This document shows, one piece after another, positions 45,472 through 54,737 of a DNA stretch of 64,000 nucleotides; position 1 is the stretch's first letter, and each line of letters begins with the position of its first letter. The stretch is taken from contig CAVTML010000002.1 of assembly GCA_963735865.1 (NCBI GenBank), positions 903,668 through 967,667 on the forward strand. The letters run 5' to 3'. The translations under genes were made by a program, and so were the position numbers. Origin of the DNA: an uncultured Chloroflexia bacterium. GTDB taxonomy: Bacteria > Chloroflexota > Limnocylindria > Limnocylindrales > CSP1-4. A model generated the notes under the pieces. That model had not been told where the DNA came from, did not search any database, and saw only the letters and a list, made by a program, of their open reading frames with translations.

Positions 45472-46839
45472 CTAGTTCTCGGGGTCGCGCGCCGAGACGT
45501 TGATCACGCCGTCGCCGGCTGAGGTCACGCGCACGCTGTATCCGCTGATCGTGGGCAGGAGGTCCTTGAGGTTGGTGCCAGGGGCGTGGTTGGCCTTGAA
45601 GATGAACTCGCCGTCGGGGCCCGAGCTGACGCCGACCGAGTTGACGCCGGCCAGGCGGCTCAGGTGGCGCTTGAACGAGGCGATCGAGGCGACGCTCACC
45701 AGGCCGGTCACGATGACCTGCGTGGAGACCATGTCCTCCGCGGGCGCCGCGCGCTGGATGGCGCCGACGTGCTCGGGCACCAGACCGTTGAGGCGGGCGG
45801 CCACGATGTCGGCCTCGCTCTCGGGGATCTCCTCGGACTCCTCGCTCACGGAGGTCGCGGCATCCACCGCGGCCTGTGACTCGGCGGCCGCCAGGTCCTC
45901 GCTCGCGGCGAGGGCCGCGGTGCGCGGGTCCTGCGGATCCATCGGGTTGCTCTCGTCGACCGTCTCGGCGGCGCCGGCCTCGGCCACGCGGGCATCCGCT
46001 TCGACCGTCTCGGCGGCGTTGGCTTCGGCCACGGGGGCCTCTGCCTCGCCGGCCTCGGCGGGCTGCTCTGGCGTCGTCTCGTCCTGCGCGTTGCCGGCCC
46101 GGATGAGGTCCGCAAGGGCCTCGGAGCGGGCCTCGGCGCCGGCCGCCTCCAGCGAGGGCGGTTCAGGCACCTGCTGCGCGGCGGACGCGAACGCGGCCGG
46201 GTCCTCGATCTGGGCCAGGCTGGCGAAGAAGGCGTCGATCTCCGCCTCGTAGGCGGTGACGCGGGCCTGGACCTTCTCGATCTCCCGCTCGATCAGCGCG
46301 GCATGCTCCTCGAGGTGCGACTCGAGCTCGCCCTTGCGCGTCTCGATGCGCTCCTCGGTCTCGGCGCGGATGCGGGCGATCTCGGCCTTGGACCATTCGC
46401 GGACGCCGGCGATGTCCTCGTCGGCGATCTGGCGGAGTTCGGTGACCTCCTCGGCGGAGCGCTTGTGGACGCCCTCGACGTGGTTCTTGGCTTCGACGCG
46501 GAACTCGTCGAGCGTGCTGTCGCGGTGCTTCTCCAGCTCGGCGCGCATGGCGCGCACGAGCTCGGTCACGAAGCGGGCCGGCTTGTGCGGCGCGATGGCA
46601 GCCGCCAGCGGCGCGGTGGCGCTCGCGGCCGACTGCTCCTCGGCGGGGGCCGACTGCTCGGCCGACCCGCCATCGGCGGGGGCCTCGGTCGGGTCGGCGG
46701 TGGCGATGCTCATCTGGGCGCCTTCCTGGTCGACCTGCGGCGAGCCGTCCTCGGGCTGCGTCTCCGGCTCGGGGGCATCCGTTGACGCGGAGCCACCCCA
46801 GGGGAGGCGGAAGCCGGCTTTCTGTTCGGTAGAAGCCAT
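45472..46839 (-). CDS. acidic coiled-coil protein with a small globular C-terminal domain
   Basis: 455 aa. Central heptad-like helix region (residues about 90-200), Ala/Glu low-complexity with 15-aa repeats, and a ~90-aa C-terminal alpha/beta-like domain. Confidence 0.65.
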   Translation of the reverse strand: MASTEQKAGFRLPWGGSASTDAPEPETQPEDGSPQVDQEGAQMSIATADPTEAPADGGSAEQSAPAEEQSAASATAPLAAAIAPHKPARFVTELVRAMRAELEKHRDSTLDEFRVEAKNHVEGVHKRSAEEVTELRQIADEDIAGVREWSKAEIARIRAETEERIETRKGELESHLEEHAALIEREIEKVQARVTAYEAEIDAFFASLAQIEDPAAFASAAQQVPEPPSLEAAGAEARSEALADLIRAGNAQDETTPEQPAEAGEAEAPVAEANAAETVEADARVAEAGAAETVDESNPMDPQDPRTAALAASEDLAAAESQAAVDAATSVSEESEEIPESEADIVAARLNGLVPEHVGAIQRAAPAEDMVSTQVIVTGLVSVASIASFKRHLSRLAGVNSVGVSSGPDGEFIFKANHAPGTNLKDLLPTISGYSVRVTSAGDGVINVSARDPEN

Positions 46840-47049
46840 CGGTCACGACCCTCGTTGCAGGGGTGGTTCGGTGTGGTCAGACGACTCGGTCATGCTAGGT
46901 CGGAGGTCGGAGCATGCGGAGGCCGCTAGAGGTACCAACTCTTCACGCCGGTGGTACCGGAACGCACCACTTCCGCACTCCACCGCTCACCCCGGCGGCC
47001 ACGCTCGGGACTCCCTGGCCGGCCGTGGCTGCTCTTGCGGGTGACCGCG

Positions 47050-47055
47050 TACGAT
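47050..47055 (+). promoter_or_regulatory. -10-like hexamer TACGAT, 6 nt before GTG 47062
   Basis: TACGAT-tgggcc-GTG. Confidence 0.4.
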
Positions 47056-47061
47056 TGGGCC

Positions 47062-48135
47062 GTGAGAAGCTCACCCTCCGCACTGACCCCCCGGTCGGCC
47101 GCGTCCCCGGCTGGCTCGGCACGTCGCGTTGAGGTCGTCGATCGCCTCGGTCGCTCGCTGCGCGATCTGCGCATCTCGGTCACCGACCGCTGCAACTTCC
47201 GCTGCGTCTACTGCATGCCCCGTGAGGTCTTCGGGCGGGACTTCCAGTTCCTCGAACGCTCGGAGCTGCTGACCTTCGAGGAGATCGCGACGCTGGCCCG
47301 GCTCTTCGTCGCCGCGGGGGTGCGCAAGATCCGCCTCACCGGTGGCGAGCCGCTGGTCCGTCGGGACCTTCCCAGCCTCGTCCGCCTGCTGGCGGACGTC
47401 CCGGGCCTGGAGGACCTGACCCTGACCACGAACGGCTCGCTGCTGGCGCGGCAGGCGGCGGACCTCGCCGCTGCCGGCCTGGGCCGCGTCACGGTCAGCC
47501 TGGATTCCCTGGACGACGCCGTCTTCCGGCGCATGAACGACGTCGACTTCCCGGTCGACCGCGTCCTCGAGGGCATCGCCGCGGCGGAGCGGGCCGGCCT
47601 GGCGCCGCTCAAGGTCAACATGGTCGTACGGCGCGGCCTCAACGAGCAGAGCGTTGTACCCATGGCGCGCTACTTCCGCGAGCGCGGCATCATCCTGCGG
47701 TTCATCGAGTACATGGACGTGGGCCACACCAACGGCTGGCGGCTGGAAGATGTCGTGCCGGCGGCCGAGATCATCGCCTCGATCGATGCCCAAATGCCTC
47801 TGCAGGCCGTGCCGCCCAACTACCCCGGCGAGGTCGCCAACCGGTGGCGCTACCGCGACGGATCCGGTGAGGTCGGCCTCATCGCCTCCGTGACCCAGCC
47901 CTTCTGCGGCGCGTGCACGCGCGCGCGGCTGTCGGCTGAAGGGCTGCTCTACACCTGCCTCTTCGGCGTCCGGGGCCACGACCTGCGCACGCCGCTGCGG
48001 ACGGGGGCCACGCATGAGGCGCTGGCCGAGCTGGTCCGCGGCATCTGGAGCCACCGCACCGACCGCTACTCCGAGCTGCGGTCCGAGGCGACCGTGGGCC
48101 TGCCCAAGGTGGAGATGTCGCACATCGGCGGCTAG
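47062..48135 (+). CDS. moaA: GTP 3',8-cyclase (molybdenum cofactor biosynthesis protein A)
   Basis: Radical-SAM [10 protein letters not shown] and [10 protein letters not shown]. Start set at GTG 47062 from the -10 spacing; upstream in-frame codons are Arg/Pro-rich and look non-coding. Confidence 0.88.
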   Translation: MRSSPSALTPRSAASPAGSARRVEVVDRLGRSLRDLRISVTDRCNFRCVYCMPREVFGRDFQFLERSELLTFEEIATLARLFVAAGVRKIRLTGGEPLVRRDLPSLVRLLADVPGLEDLTLTTNGSLLARQAADLAAAGLGRVTVSLDSLDDAVFRRMNDVDFPVDRVLEGIAAAERAGLAPLKVNMVVRRGLNEQSVVPMARYFRERGIILRFIEYMDVGHTNGWRLEDVVPAAEIIASIDAQMPLQAVPPNYPGEVANRWRYRDGSGEVGLIASVTQPFCGACTRARLSAEGLLYTCLFGVRGHDLRTPLRTGATHEALAELVRGIWSHRTDRYSELRSEATVGLPKVEMSHIGG

Positions 48136-48149
48136 GTGGCCACCATCCG

Positions 48150-48560
48150 TCAGTAGGGCGGGCAGGCCCCGTTCTGCGGCATGGGGCTGTCGTTTGCCTC
48201 GTTGCCGACCAGCGCGATGTGGCCGGTGCCGTCGATCACGTAGGTGACCACAACACCGCCCTGAGGTGGTGCGTGGAGCACGAAGGTCAGGCTGTCGGTC
48301 GCGCTCGTGATGGTGACGGGGTAGTCGCCGGGCCAGAAGCCGAAGTCGTTGGAGTTGCAGGGCCCGAGCGACCTGGTATCCGTGCCGGCGCCCAGCGGGG
48401 TACCGAAGAACCCCGGCGTCGGCCAACTGACCGATGCGGCCTCGTGGGTGTAGTTGGCGACGATCACCTGTCCGGCCCCGGGTGCCACTGGGGACGGTGA
48501 GCAGGCCCCTACGAGCGCGCCCGCCGCTAGCATCAGCCCGAACCGCCACGGCACCCGCAT
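48150..48560 (-). CDS. small lipoprotein, Cys-pair family
   Basis: Lipobox LVGAC after the ATG 48560 signal peptide. Paralogous by eye to 60300-60761 (C-x3-DFG-x3-G-x3-(V/I)T). Confidence 0.6.
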   Translation of the reverse strand: MRVPWRFGLMLAAGALVGACSPSPVAPGAGQVIVANYTHEAASVSWPTPGFFGTPLGAGTDTRSLGPCNSNDFGFWPGDYPVTITSATDSLTFVLHAPPQGGVVVTYVIDGTGHIALVGNEANDSPMPQNGACPPY

Positions 48561-48765
48561 CGCGCTAACACGGTACGCCTCATCTCCCCACCGGGCACCC
48601 GCTCGGCTGCGGGCGACCCGCGGGGTCACCTCGGCGCGTCGTGTGTAGCAACGGTGCTCGGGTGCTGGTGATGCCAATCAGCTCGGCCGTCGTACGACCC
48701 GCCGAGGGGTGGCACGGGCAACCTGCGCACCATCTGCGGATGCCGCGTGCTCGCACAATGTGCCA

Positions 48766-49503
48766 ATGCGATTTCACCTCCGGTCGAACGGCACCGCACC
48801 TGACCGCGGGGCGATGATGCCCGACCAGGACGTCGGCTGGATCGCTATGAACCGGCGGCCCTTCTCCGACTTCGCGGTCGGCTCGCTCGTGCCCGCTGTG
48901 TTCGAGGGCTACGCCCGCATCCTCCATCCCGCGTGGGCGAGTCCCGGGGTGCCGGTGCGGTGGGCGACGGTCGCCGCGTGGGCAAGCCGCCACATCGATT
49001 CGCTCGCGCAATGGGACTTCATCTCTCGACCGAAGGGCGAACCTGGCGGCGGCCCGGCGCCCTTCGCCGCGCACCCTGACAAGAACGGCTTGCCACCCTG
49101 GCAGCTCGCGGCGCTGTGCGAGCTGCTGGCCACCCATACGAACACCCCGGAGCTGTGCTTCGTCGGCGTGTGGGAAGGCTACGGTTGGCACGACGATTGG
49201 TCGGCGTCGCCGACCTTGCGGCTGGATCAGCGGACGTTCCTCGTCCGCCAGGGTCCCCTGGGCCTCGCGTTGGCGGTGGGCCGCGGCGGACCGAACGGCG
49301 GGATCACCATCGTGCCGCCCAGCCTCATCTGGCCGGCGGATCGAGCGTGGTTTGTCGCTTCTGATCCGGACCTGGACTCAACCTACCTCGGCGGATCGAA
49401 TGCCTTGATCGAGGCGGTGGTGACTCATCCCGATCTCGAGGCGTGGCGTGCGACGGCTGGTGATCTGGTCGCCATTGGAAGCGACGAGACCAACGCGGAG
49501 TAG
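48766..49503 (+). CDS. hypothetical cytoplasmic protein
   Basis: ORF with typical codon bias. CACAAT-6-ATG geometry at 48754/48766. No motif recognised. Confidence 0.6.
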   Translation: MRFHLRSNGTAPDRGAMMPDQDVGWIAMNRRPFSDFAVGSLVPAVFEGYARILHPAWASPGVPVRWATVAAWASRHIDSLAQWDFISRPKGEPGGGPAPFAAHPDKNGLPPWQLAALCELLATHTNTPELCFVGVWEGYGWHDDWSASPTLRLDQRTFLVRQGPLGLALAVGRGGPNGGITIVPPSLIWPADRAWFVASDPDLDSTYLGGSNALIEAVVTHPDLEAWRATAGDLVAIGSDETNAE

Positions 49504-49537
49504 CAACCCTGCCGCCTCTGCCTTCGTCCACAGGCTC

Positions 49538-50107
49538 CTAGCCGCTGGTCTCCTCGGCACCCGCGATGCGCCGGCGGAGCTCGTCAAGGAAGGCGACGAC
49601 GTCGGCCGGACCGCCGAGGCCGCGCTTCGGGATGATCGCGACCCGTCCCGCCCACCCGACGATGACGATGTGCCGCCATTGGACGGTCGCCTTCCGCAGG
49701 GTGGCCCACGGTTGGACCGAGGTCTGCCCGAGGCTGTTCCTGATCGTGAGGGCCTCGCGGTCGAGCGTCAAGGTGACGTCGAGACCAACCGCCCGTCGCC
49801 ATACGTGGAGGCCACGGTACTGGCGCACCGCGAGTGAGGCGGCAACCAAGAGGCCGCAGGCCAGGACGAGCACGCCCGTGCTGGCCGACGACGGCCCCGT
49901 GCCGATGATGACGACGCCCCACACCACTAGGACCACCCCGGCGAGCCCGAAGAGGACCACCCCGGCGAGCCCGAGCCGGGACCAGGGGACATCGCGCCAC
50001 CCGATCGTATAGCGCACGGAGAGCGGCTCGGGCATCGAAGCTCGCACCTCGGTCTCCACACCACTGAGAGTAGCCGCGGCGGTCGACCATGAGCTGAGCT
50101 TCCTCAC
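49538..50107 (-). CDS. two-TM membrane protein (YcxB-like layout)
   Basis: Two adjacent TM helices, then a soluble C-terminal domain. Start may be ATG 50035. Contains a 24-bp tandem duplication. Confidence 0.55.
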   Translation of the reverse strand: MRKLSSWSTAAATLSGVETEVRASMPEPLSVRYTIGWRDVPWSRLGLAGVVLFGLAGVVLVVWGVVIIGTGPSSASTGVLVLACGLLVAASLAVRQYRGLHVWRRAVGLDVTLTLDREALTIRNSLGQTSVQPWATLRKATVQWRHIVIVGWAGRVAIIPKRGLGGPADVVAFLDELRRRIAGAEETSG

Positions 50108-50179
50108 GTGGTGGGCCGTTTGCGGCCATTCAGGATTGGCTTGTGCAACCGTTCAAGTAGGCGCAACGTCACCCACTAC

Positions 50180-50989
50180 ATGAAGGCGCTCATCCTCGTC
50201 GCTCTGAGCGTCATCGTCGTGGCGTGCGGGTCGTCTAACGTGACCCCGACCTCATCGCCCGCCCCATCACCCTCCGGTCCGGCCCCGGTGCCGACCTGGC
50301 CGGTGCCGGCGGAGGTGCTGCCCGACGCCACCTCGAGTTCCCCGGAAGCGCTGCTCACCTGTGGCGGGCGCACCTTCCCGCGGGCTGGTCTCGACGCGCC
50401 GACCGGGGCCCAGGGTGAGCAGGGTCCGACGTTCGATGCCCTCCGCGCCGCCCTGGTGGAATTCGGCGCGGCGTTCCCGGGCGCACCCACGTGGGCGTGG
50501 CGCCTGGCCGGCCAGGACGACACCGGCGCCGTCTTCCTGGCCCGTACCGATGCCCTGGGGCCGCCGGGCTGGGTGGCTGTGGAGGTCACGGCGGACGCCA
50601 GCGGCTGGCACCCCGTGACCATGGGGCAGTGCGACCCGCAGGTGGTCCTCTCGGCGGACTTCGGCCCGGCGACATGGGCCCTCGACCCGGCCTTCCCGGC
50701 GCCCACGCCCAGCACCACCGATCTCCACGTCTTGGTCTGGGAGACGGCCTGTTCCAACGGTTCGCCCGCCACCGGGCGGATCTCGGCGCCCGTCATCGCG
50801 TACACCGCCACCACCGTGACCATCACGCTCGGTGTCCGGCCGCTGACGGCGGCACCGGGAGAAGCGTTTGCCTGCCCGATGCCGCCCGGCACGCCCGCCA
50901 CCCTGCGCCTGACCGAGCCACTCGGCACACGGACGCTGCTGGACGGTGGCCACGTCCCGCCCGTGCCCCCGTCGCCGGCGAATGGTTGA
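50180..50989 (+). CDS. lipoprotein, unknown function
   Basis: Signal peptide with lipobox IVVAC, then a Pro/Ser linker. Confidence 0.65.
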   Translation: MKALILVALSVIVVACGSSNVTPTSSPAPSPSGPAPVPTWPVPAEVLPDATSSSPEALLTCGGRTFPRAGLDAPTGAQGEQGPTFDALRAALVEFGAAFPGAPTWAWRLAGQDDTGAVFLARTDALGPPGWVAVEVTADASGWHPVTMGQCDPQVVLSADFGPATWALDPAFPAPTPSTTDLHVLVWETACSNGSPATGRISAPVIAYTATTVTITLGVRPLTAAPGEAFACPMPPGTPATLRLTEPLGTRTLLDGGHVPPVPPSPANG

Positions 50990-51028
50990 GCCGGCCGGAC
51001 GTAACCACCGGGGCGAGGGCAGCGTCTC

Positions 51029-51490
51029 ATGAACGTGAGGTCTATCGCGCTCGTCGTCGCCGCGCTGTGTGTCCTGCTGGCGGGATGCGCCGCGCCGCTG
51101 CCATCCGCGAGCCCGACCGCCACGCCATCATCCGCGTCGCAGCGACCCAACCTCGGAGTCGCCAACGGCACCACCCTGACCGTGACCCTCGTGGTCAACG
51201 GCCAGCGTGTCGCAGTCTTTCCCTCGGGCGGGCCCGAGCCGTCGATCGACCTGACGGCGCTGCCGCCTCTACCGTGGACGGTCGAAGCCCTCTCGCCATC
51301 GGGCCGCGTCCTGACCGCCTTTCGGGTGGAGCTCGGGGCGGTGTCGCTCGATGCGAACGGCTATCGGTCCGCGACGAGCGGACCCATCGACCTCTCCTGC
51401 GGCCGCCTGATGGTCTGGGCGGGTCCGATGGAGCCCCCCGCGCCTGCGCCGGCGGCGTCGCCGGGCGTGCCGGGTGACTGCGCTCCCTGA
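51029..51490 (+). CDS. small lipoprotein, PGDCAP-tail family
   Basis: Lipobox LLAGC. Paralogue of 52673-53347 (NGTTLTVTLVVNG, PW.VEA.SPSGRVLT, DLSCGRL, PGDCAP end). Confidence 0.65.
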   Translation: MNVRSIALVVAALCVLLAGCAAPLPSASPTATPSSASQRPNLGVANGTTLTVTLVVNGQRVAVFPSGGPEPSIDLTALPPLPWTVEALSPSGRVLTAFRVELGAVSLDANGYRSATSGPIDLSCGRLMVWAGPMEPPAPAPAASPGVPGDCAP

Positions 51491-51558
51491 GCAGGTCGCG
51501 AGCACGACCGCCCTGGCGTAGGTTGGTGGATTGACCGGCCCCGGGCTGCCAACAGAAG

Positions 51559-52002
51559 ATGACGGCGGAGCGAGGAGTGATGCGGATGCAGCCGCCGATC
51601 CGGCCCCCAGCGCAGTCGTCACTGGCGTGGACCGTCATAGGCGTCGCCGAGGTGGCCTTGGGAGCCGCTTCGATCCTCGGGTGGGTGGTCCTCACAACGG
51701 TGCGGCCGAGCGTCGGACCGGTCTCGCTGGAGCCCTGGCAGCCTGACGGTCTCGGTCTGTTGGTCGTGGCCTACTGGGTCCTCGTCATCATGGCCGGCGT
51801 TCGTCTCGCGGCCGGTAGCCGCGCCAGATGGCTCGGGTGGGCCCAGGCGTCGCTCGTCCTCGCCCTGGTCGCGCCGGCATACCTCGCGGTGACGGGGCCG
51901 GCAGGCGGCGGCGACTCAGTCTTCTTCGGGGTGACGGCCGTGGTGTGCGGTGGCGGGATGCTCGCCGCCTTGGCGTCCGCCGTGGCCCTGCTGCGGCGCT
52001 GA
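51559..52002 (+). CDS. four-TM membrane protein
   Basis: 147 aa, four hydrophobic segments. No motif. Confidence 0.5.
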   Translation: MTAERGVMRMQPPIRPPAQSSLAWTVIGVAEVALGAASILGWVVLTTVRPSVGPVSLEPWQPDGLGLLVVAYWVLVIMAGVRLAAGSRARWLGWAQASLVLALVAPAYLAVTGPAGGGDSVFFGVTAVVCGGGMLAALASAVALLRR

Positions 52003-52086
52003 GGACCACCGTCACCCCACGAGGCCAGGAGCCGGCATCCGCAGAGACCCGCGTCACACTGCGGGGGACGCCCTCGCAGCCCCGCT

Positions 52087-52665
52087 CTACGGCTGCGGCT
52101 GGCCCTGACAGGCGGGCAGCGTTGCTGTGTCGATCTCCCCGATGTAAACGTGCGTCCCGTCGGACGCGACGACGACGCTCAGCACGCCGTTGAAGTCGCG
52201 TGGGGTCTTGAACCCGACGGACAGGGGGATGGCACCGGGCATCGTGGTCGCTCCCGGACCCGGGAAGCGCACGTCCGCGAGGCGGGTCGAGGAACACGGC
52301 GCGAGGCCCAACACCGGACCGACCGCCACCGCCACCTCGGTGCGGTTGTAGACGGCCCACGAGAAGACCGGTGGCCCCACCGGCCCACCGGGCCGGAACC
52401 AGACGGTAAGGATCGCGAGGAAGACCAGCAGCAGGCTGAGCCCGAAACCGACCCCGCCCAGGAGCATCGCGGTCACGATCTGGCGCGGACGGATGGCCCC
52501 TCGACGGACCAACAGCAGACCGGTCAGGATGGTGACGGCCAGGCCCGCGATGACGGCTGGCGATGTCAGCCAGGGCACGTAGTCCTGCGCCCCGAACCCC
52601 ACGGCCAGCCAACCGCCGACAAAGACCGGCAAGGCCAGCCCAAGGGTCAGCGACCGGTGAGCCAT
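52087..52665 (-). CDS. membrane protein with C-terminal Cys-pair domain
   Basis: Four TM segments, then a domain resembling 48150-48560 and 60300-60761 (mid Cys; LPACQGQPQP end). Confidence 0.6.
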   Translation of the reverse strand: MAHRSLTLGLALPVFVGGWLAVGFGAQDYVPWLTSPAVIAGLAVTILTGLLLVRRGAIRPRQIVTAMLLGGVGFGLSLLLVFLAILTVWFRPGGPVGPPVFSWAVYNRTEVAVAVGPVLGLAPCSSTRLADVRFPGPGATTMPGAIPLSVGFKTPRDFNGVLSVVVASDGTHVYIGEIDTATLPACQGQPQP

Positions 52666-52672
52666 CGGGTTC

Positions 52673-53347
52673 CTATGGCGCGCAGTCGCCGGGCGACCCC
52701 GGGCCGGGCGCCGGCCCGATCATCGGCGTGCCGGACCAGATGTCCAGCCGCCCGCACGAGAGGTCGACCCGGGCGCCATCGCTCTGGTCCTGGACGCTCC
52801 CGTCAGGCAGGACCGACCGCCAGACATCGCCGGCCTTGACGGTCATCGAGGTCAGCACCCGGCCGCTGGGCGACCGCGCCTCGACGACCCACGGCAGCGC
52901 GGGCAGGGCGCTGGCAGGGACGGGGGCGACCGCCATCCCGGGCGCCGCGGTCGCGACGACCGTCCCGTTCACCACCAGCGTGACCGTGAGAGTGGTGCCG
53001 TTGTCGATGTTGAGGGTCATCGCCTCCAGGGGCAGGACCTGGCGCCCAACCCCGGCACTCGTCGCCGTGGCGCTACCCGATGAGCCGGGGGCCGCGAGCA
53101 CGACGCAGCCACCGACCAGCACGACGAGCAGCAGTGCGGCGATGGTGACCACCCCACGCGGCGCGCTCGACGTGTCGGGCGCCACCCGTGGCCGGGTCAC
53201 GAGGAACAGGGTCAGCACCCAGGCTAGCGGCGCCAGCAGGAGGGAGGCGAGGAACCAGCCGAGGCTTGAGCGGCCGCAGCGCGCCGCCAGCCACGCATTC
53301 AGCAGTGCGAGGATGAGCACGAACCCGCCAGTGGTCGCTTGCGGCAT
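52673..53347 (-). CDS. membrane-anchored PGDCAP-tail family protein
   Basis: AAGGAGG box upstream. N-terminal TM segments, then a domain paralogous to 51029-51490 with an identical PGDCAP C-terminus. Confidence 0.65.
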   Translation of the reverse strand: MPQATTGGFVLILALLNAWLAARCGRSSLGWFLASLLLAPLAWVLTLFLVTRPRVAPDTSSAPRGVVTIAALLLVVLVGGCVVLAAPGSSGSATATSAGVGRQVLPLEAMTLNIDNGTTLTVTLVVNGTVVATAAPGMAVAPVPASALPALPWVVEARSPSGRVLTSMTVKAGDVWRSVLPDGSVQDQSDGARVDLSCGRLDIWSGTPMIGPAPGPGSPGDCAP

Positions 53348-53642
53348 GGCCCCGGCCTCCTTCGCCCAGCGTCTGCCGCCGACCTTGCCCCGTCAAGGGC
53401 CAGCAGTCGCTAGGGCGATTGACAGACGGCGGAAGCCATCGCGGGCGTTGCTCAGGCGTTCGGTTGCCGGCACGACCGCCGCTCATCCTCGTCGGCCAGC
53501 GGCGGAGGCCGAGCCGCTGCGCCCCGTCCAGCGCCACGTCGCCCCGGGGCTTGGGTTCCTGCTGAACGGCCCTTGACGACCGCGGTGCGCCGGTCGAGGC
53601 TGCACGGGCAGGGCAGCACCTGCCCCAACCTGACGTGCAGCC

Positions 53643-54725
53643 ATGGACCTGATAGACGTCTCCGTCCCGTCGCCCTCCACCGCCCGGTCGAACCGGCGGA
53701 TCTCGCTGGTGATCGGCGCGGTGGTGATGATCGTCCTCCTGGTGATGGCGGTGATCTGGCTGCAAGGGCGGGAGGAGCACGGTGACGGCCAGGGACCGCT
53801 CGGGTCGTGTGGCACGCCGTGCGGCTGGGCCGACAAGGTCGCCCAGGTACCGGGCGTGACGTCGTGGACCTTCGGTGTCGCCCTGTGCCTCGAGCCAGGT
53901 ACCGGGGTCGCCGTCCTCGACTCGGTCGCGCCCATCACCACGGTCGGTAATGGCTTCACGCTCCTGGGCACCGGCGTCCGCCAGTTCACGGCAACGCCCA
54001 GTCATACCTCCATCATCAGCGTCGACGGCTGGCCTCCGCCCGCGGACCAAGTCCCGGATGTGGTCTCGTCAGTGCAGCGGTACGCCATCTCCACCCCGCC
54101 ATGTAGCCCCACTGGCTCGCCGAGCACCGAGCCCTACACCGAGTTGCTCGTCGGCCTGGGCCTTGTCAGCGGTGATGGCGGTGGCTGGCAGGGCCTGGCC
54201 ATCGGCTACACGGCTGGCGGCCGCCATCGCGTCCTGGACCTCGACGTCGGCCTGCTGATCTGCGGCACGAGCGTCGACTGTGGCGGGCCATCACCGACGA
54301 CGGCACCGGCGACTAAGCTGCCAACCGCCGCGGTCCCCAGCGCCATCGTGGCAGCCGATACGGCCAGCGCGGACGCCCTGGTCGAACGTTACGAGACGGC
54401 CCTCACGACGGGCGATAGCGCGACCGCCTGGGCCCTCCTGGCGCCGTGGTCGCAGGCCATGTTCCCCTCGTATGCGTCATTCGCCGATGCGAGCGCCCGG
54501 CTCGTGGCGCAGGACGGACGCGGCTTCCTCGTCGGCACCCCGCGGACCGACGATCCGTACATCGCCGTGTTGCTGGCCAAGGGCGATCCGGGGATCGCCG
54601 ATGCGATCCGCGTGTACTCGGTGTCGGTGACCCACCCCGACGCCACGCCGAGCGCGGCCCACACCGACGTCCTCTACGTCGCGCTGGACCAGGCTGGTGC
54701 CTGGAAGATCTGGCTCATCGGCTGA
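53643..54725 (+). CDS. single-pass membrane-anchored exported protein
   Basis: 360 aa. N-terminal TM ISLVIGAVVMIVLLVMAVIWL. No motif. Confidence 0.6.
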   Translation: MDLIDVSVPSPSTARSNRRISLVIGAVVMIVLLVMAVIWLQGREEHGDGQGPLGSCGTPCGWADKVAQVPGVTSWTFGVALCLEPGTGVAVLDSVAPITTVGNGFTLLGTGVRQFTATPSHTSIISVDGWPPPADQVPDVVSSVQRYAISTPPCSPTGSPSTEPYTELLVGLGLVSGDGGGWQGLAIGYTAGGRHRVLDLDVGLLICGTSVDCGGPSPTTAPATKLPTAAVPSAIVAADTASADALVERYETALTTGDSATAWALLAPWSQAMFPSYASFADASARLVAQDGRGFLVGTPRTDDPYIAVLLAKGDPGIADAIRVYSVSVTHPDATPSAAHTDVLYVALDQAGAWKIWLIG

Positions 54726-54737
54726 TAGGAGGCAGGT

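Noticed and set aside
46840-47061. Possible molybdenum-cofactor (Moco) riboswitch in the ~220-bp region upstream of moaA, which contains several hairpins such as GGTACC-n16-GGTACC and GCCACG...CGTGGC.
   Set aside because: I could not find the conserved Moco-motif segments by eye. In addition, a TACGAT box sits 6 nt before the most plausible moaA start (47062), implying a leaderless mRNA with no room for a riboswitch. A cmsearch with the Rfam Moco model would settle it.
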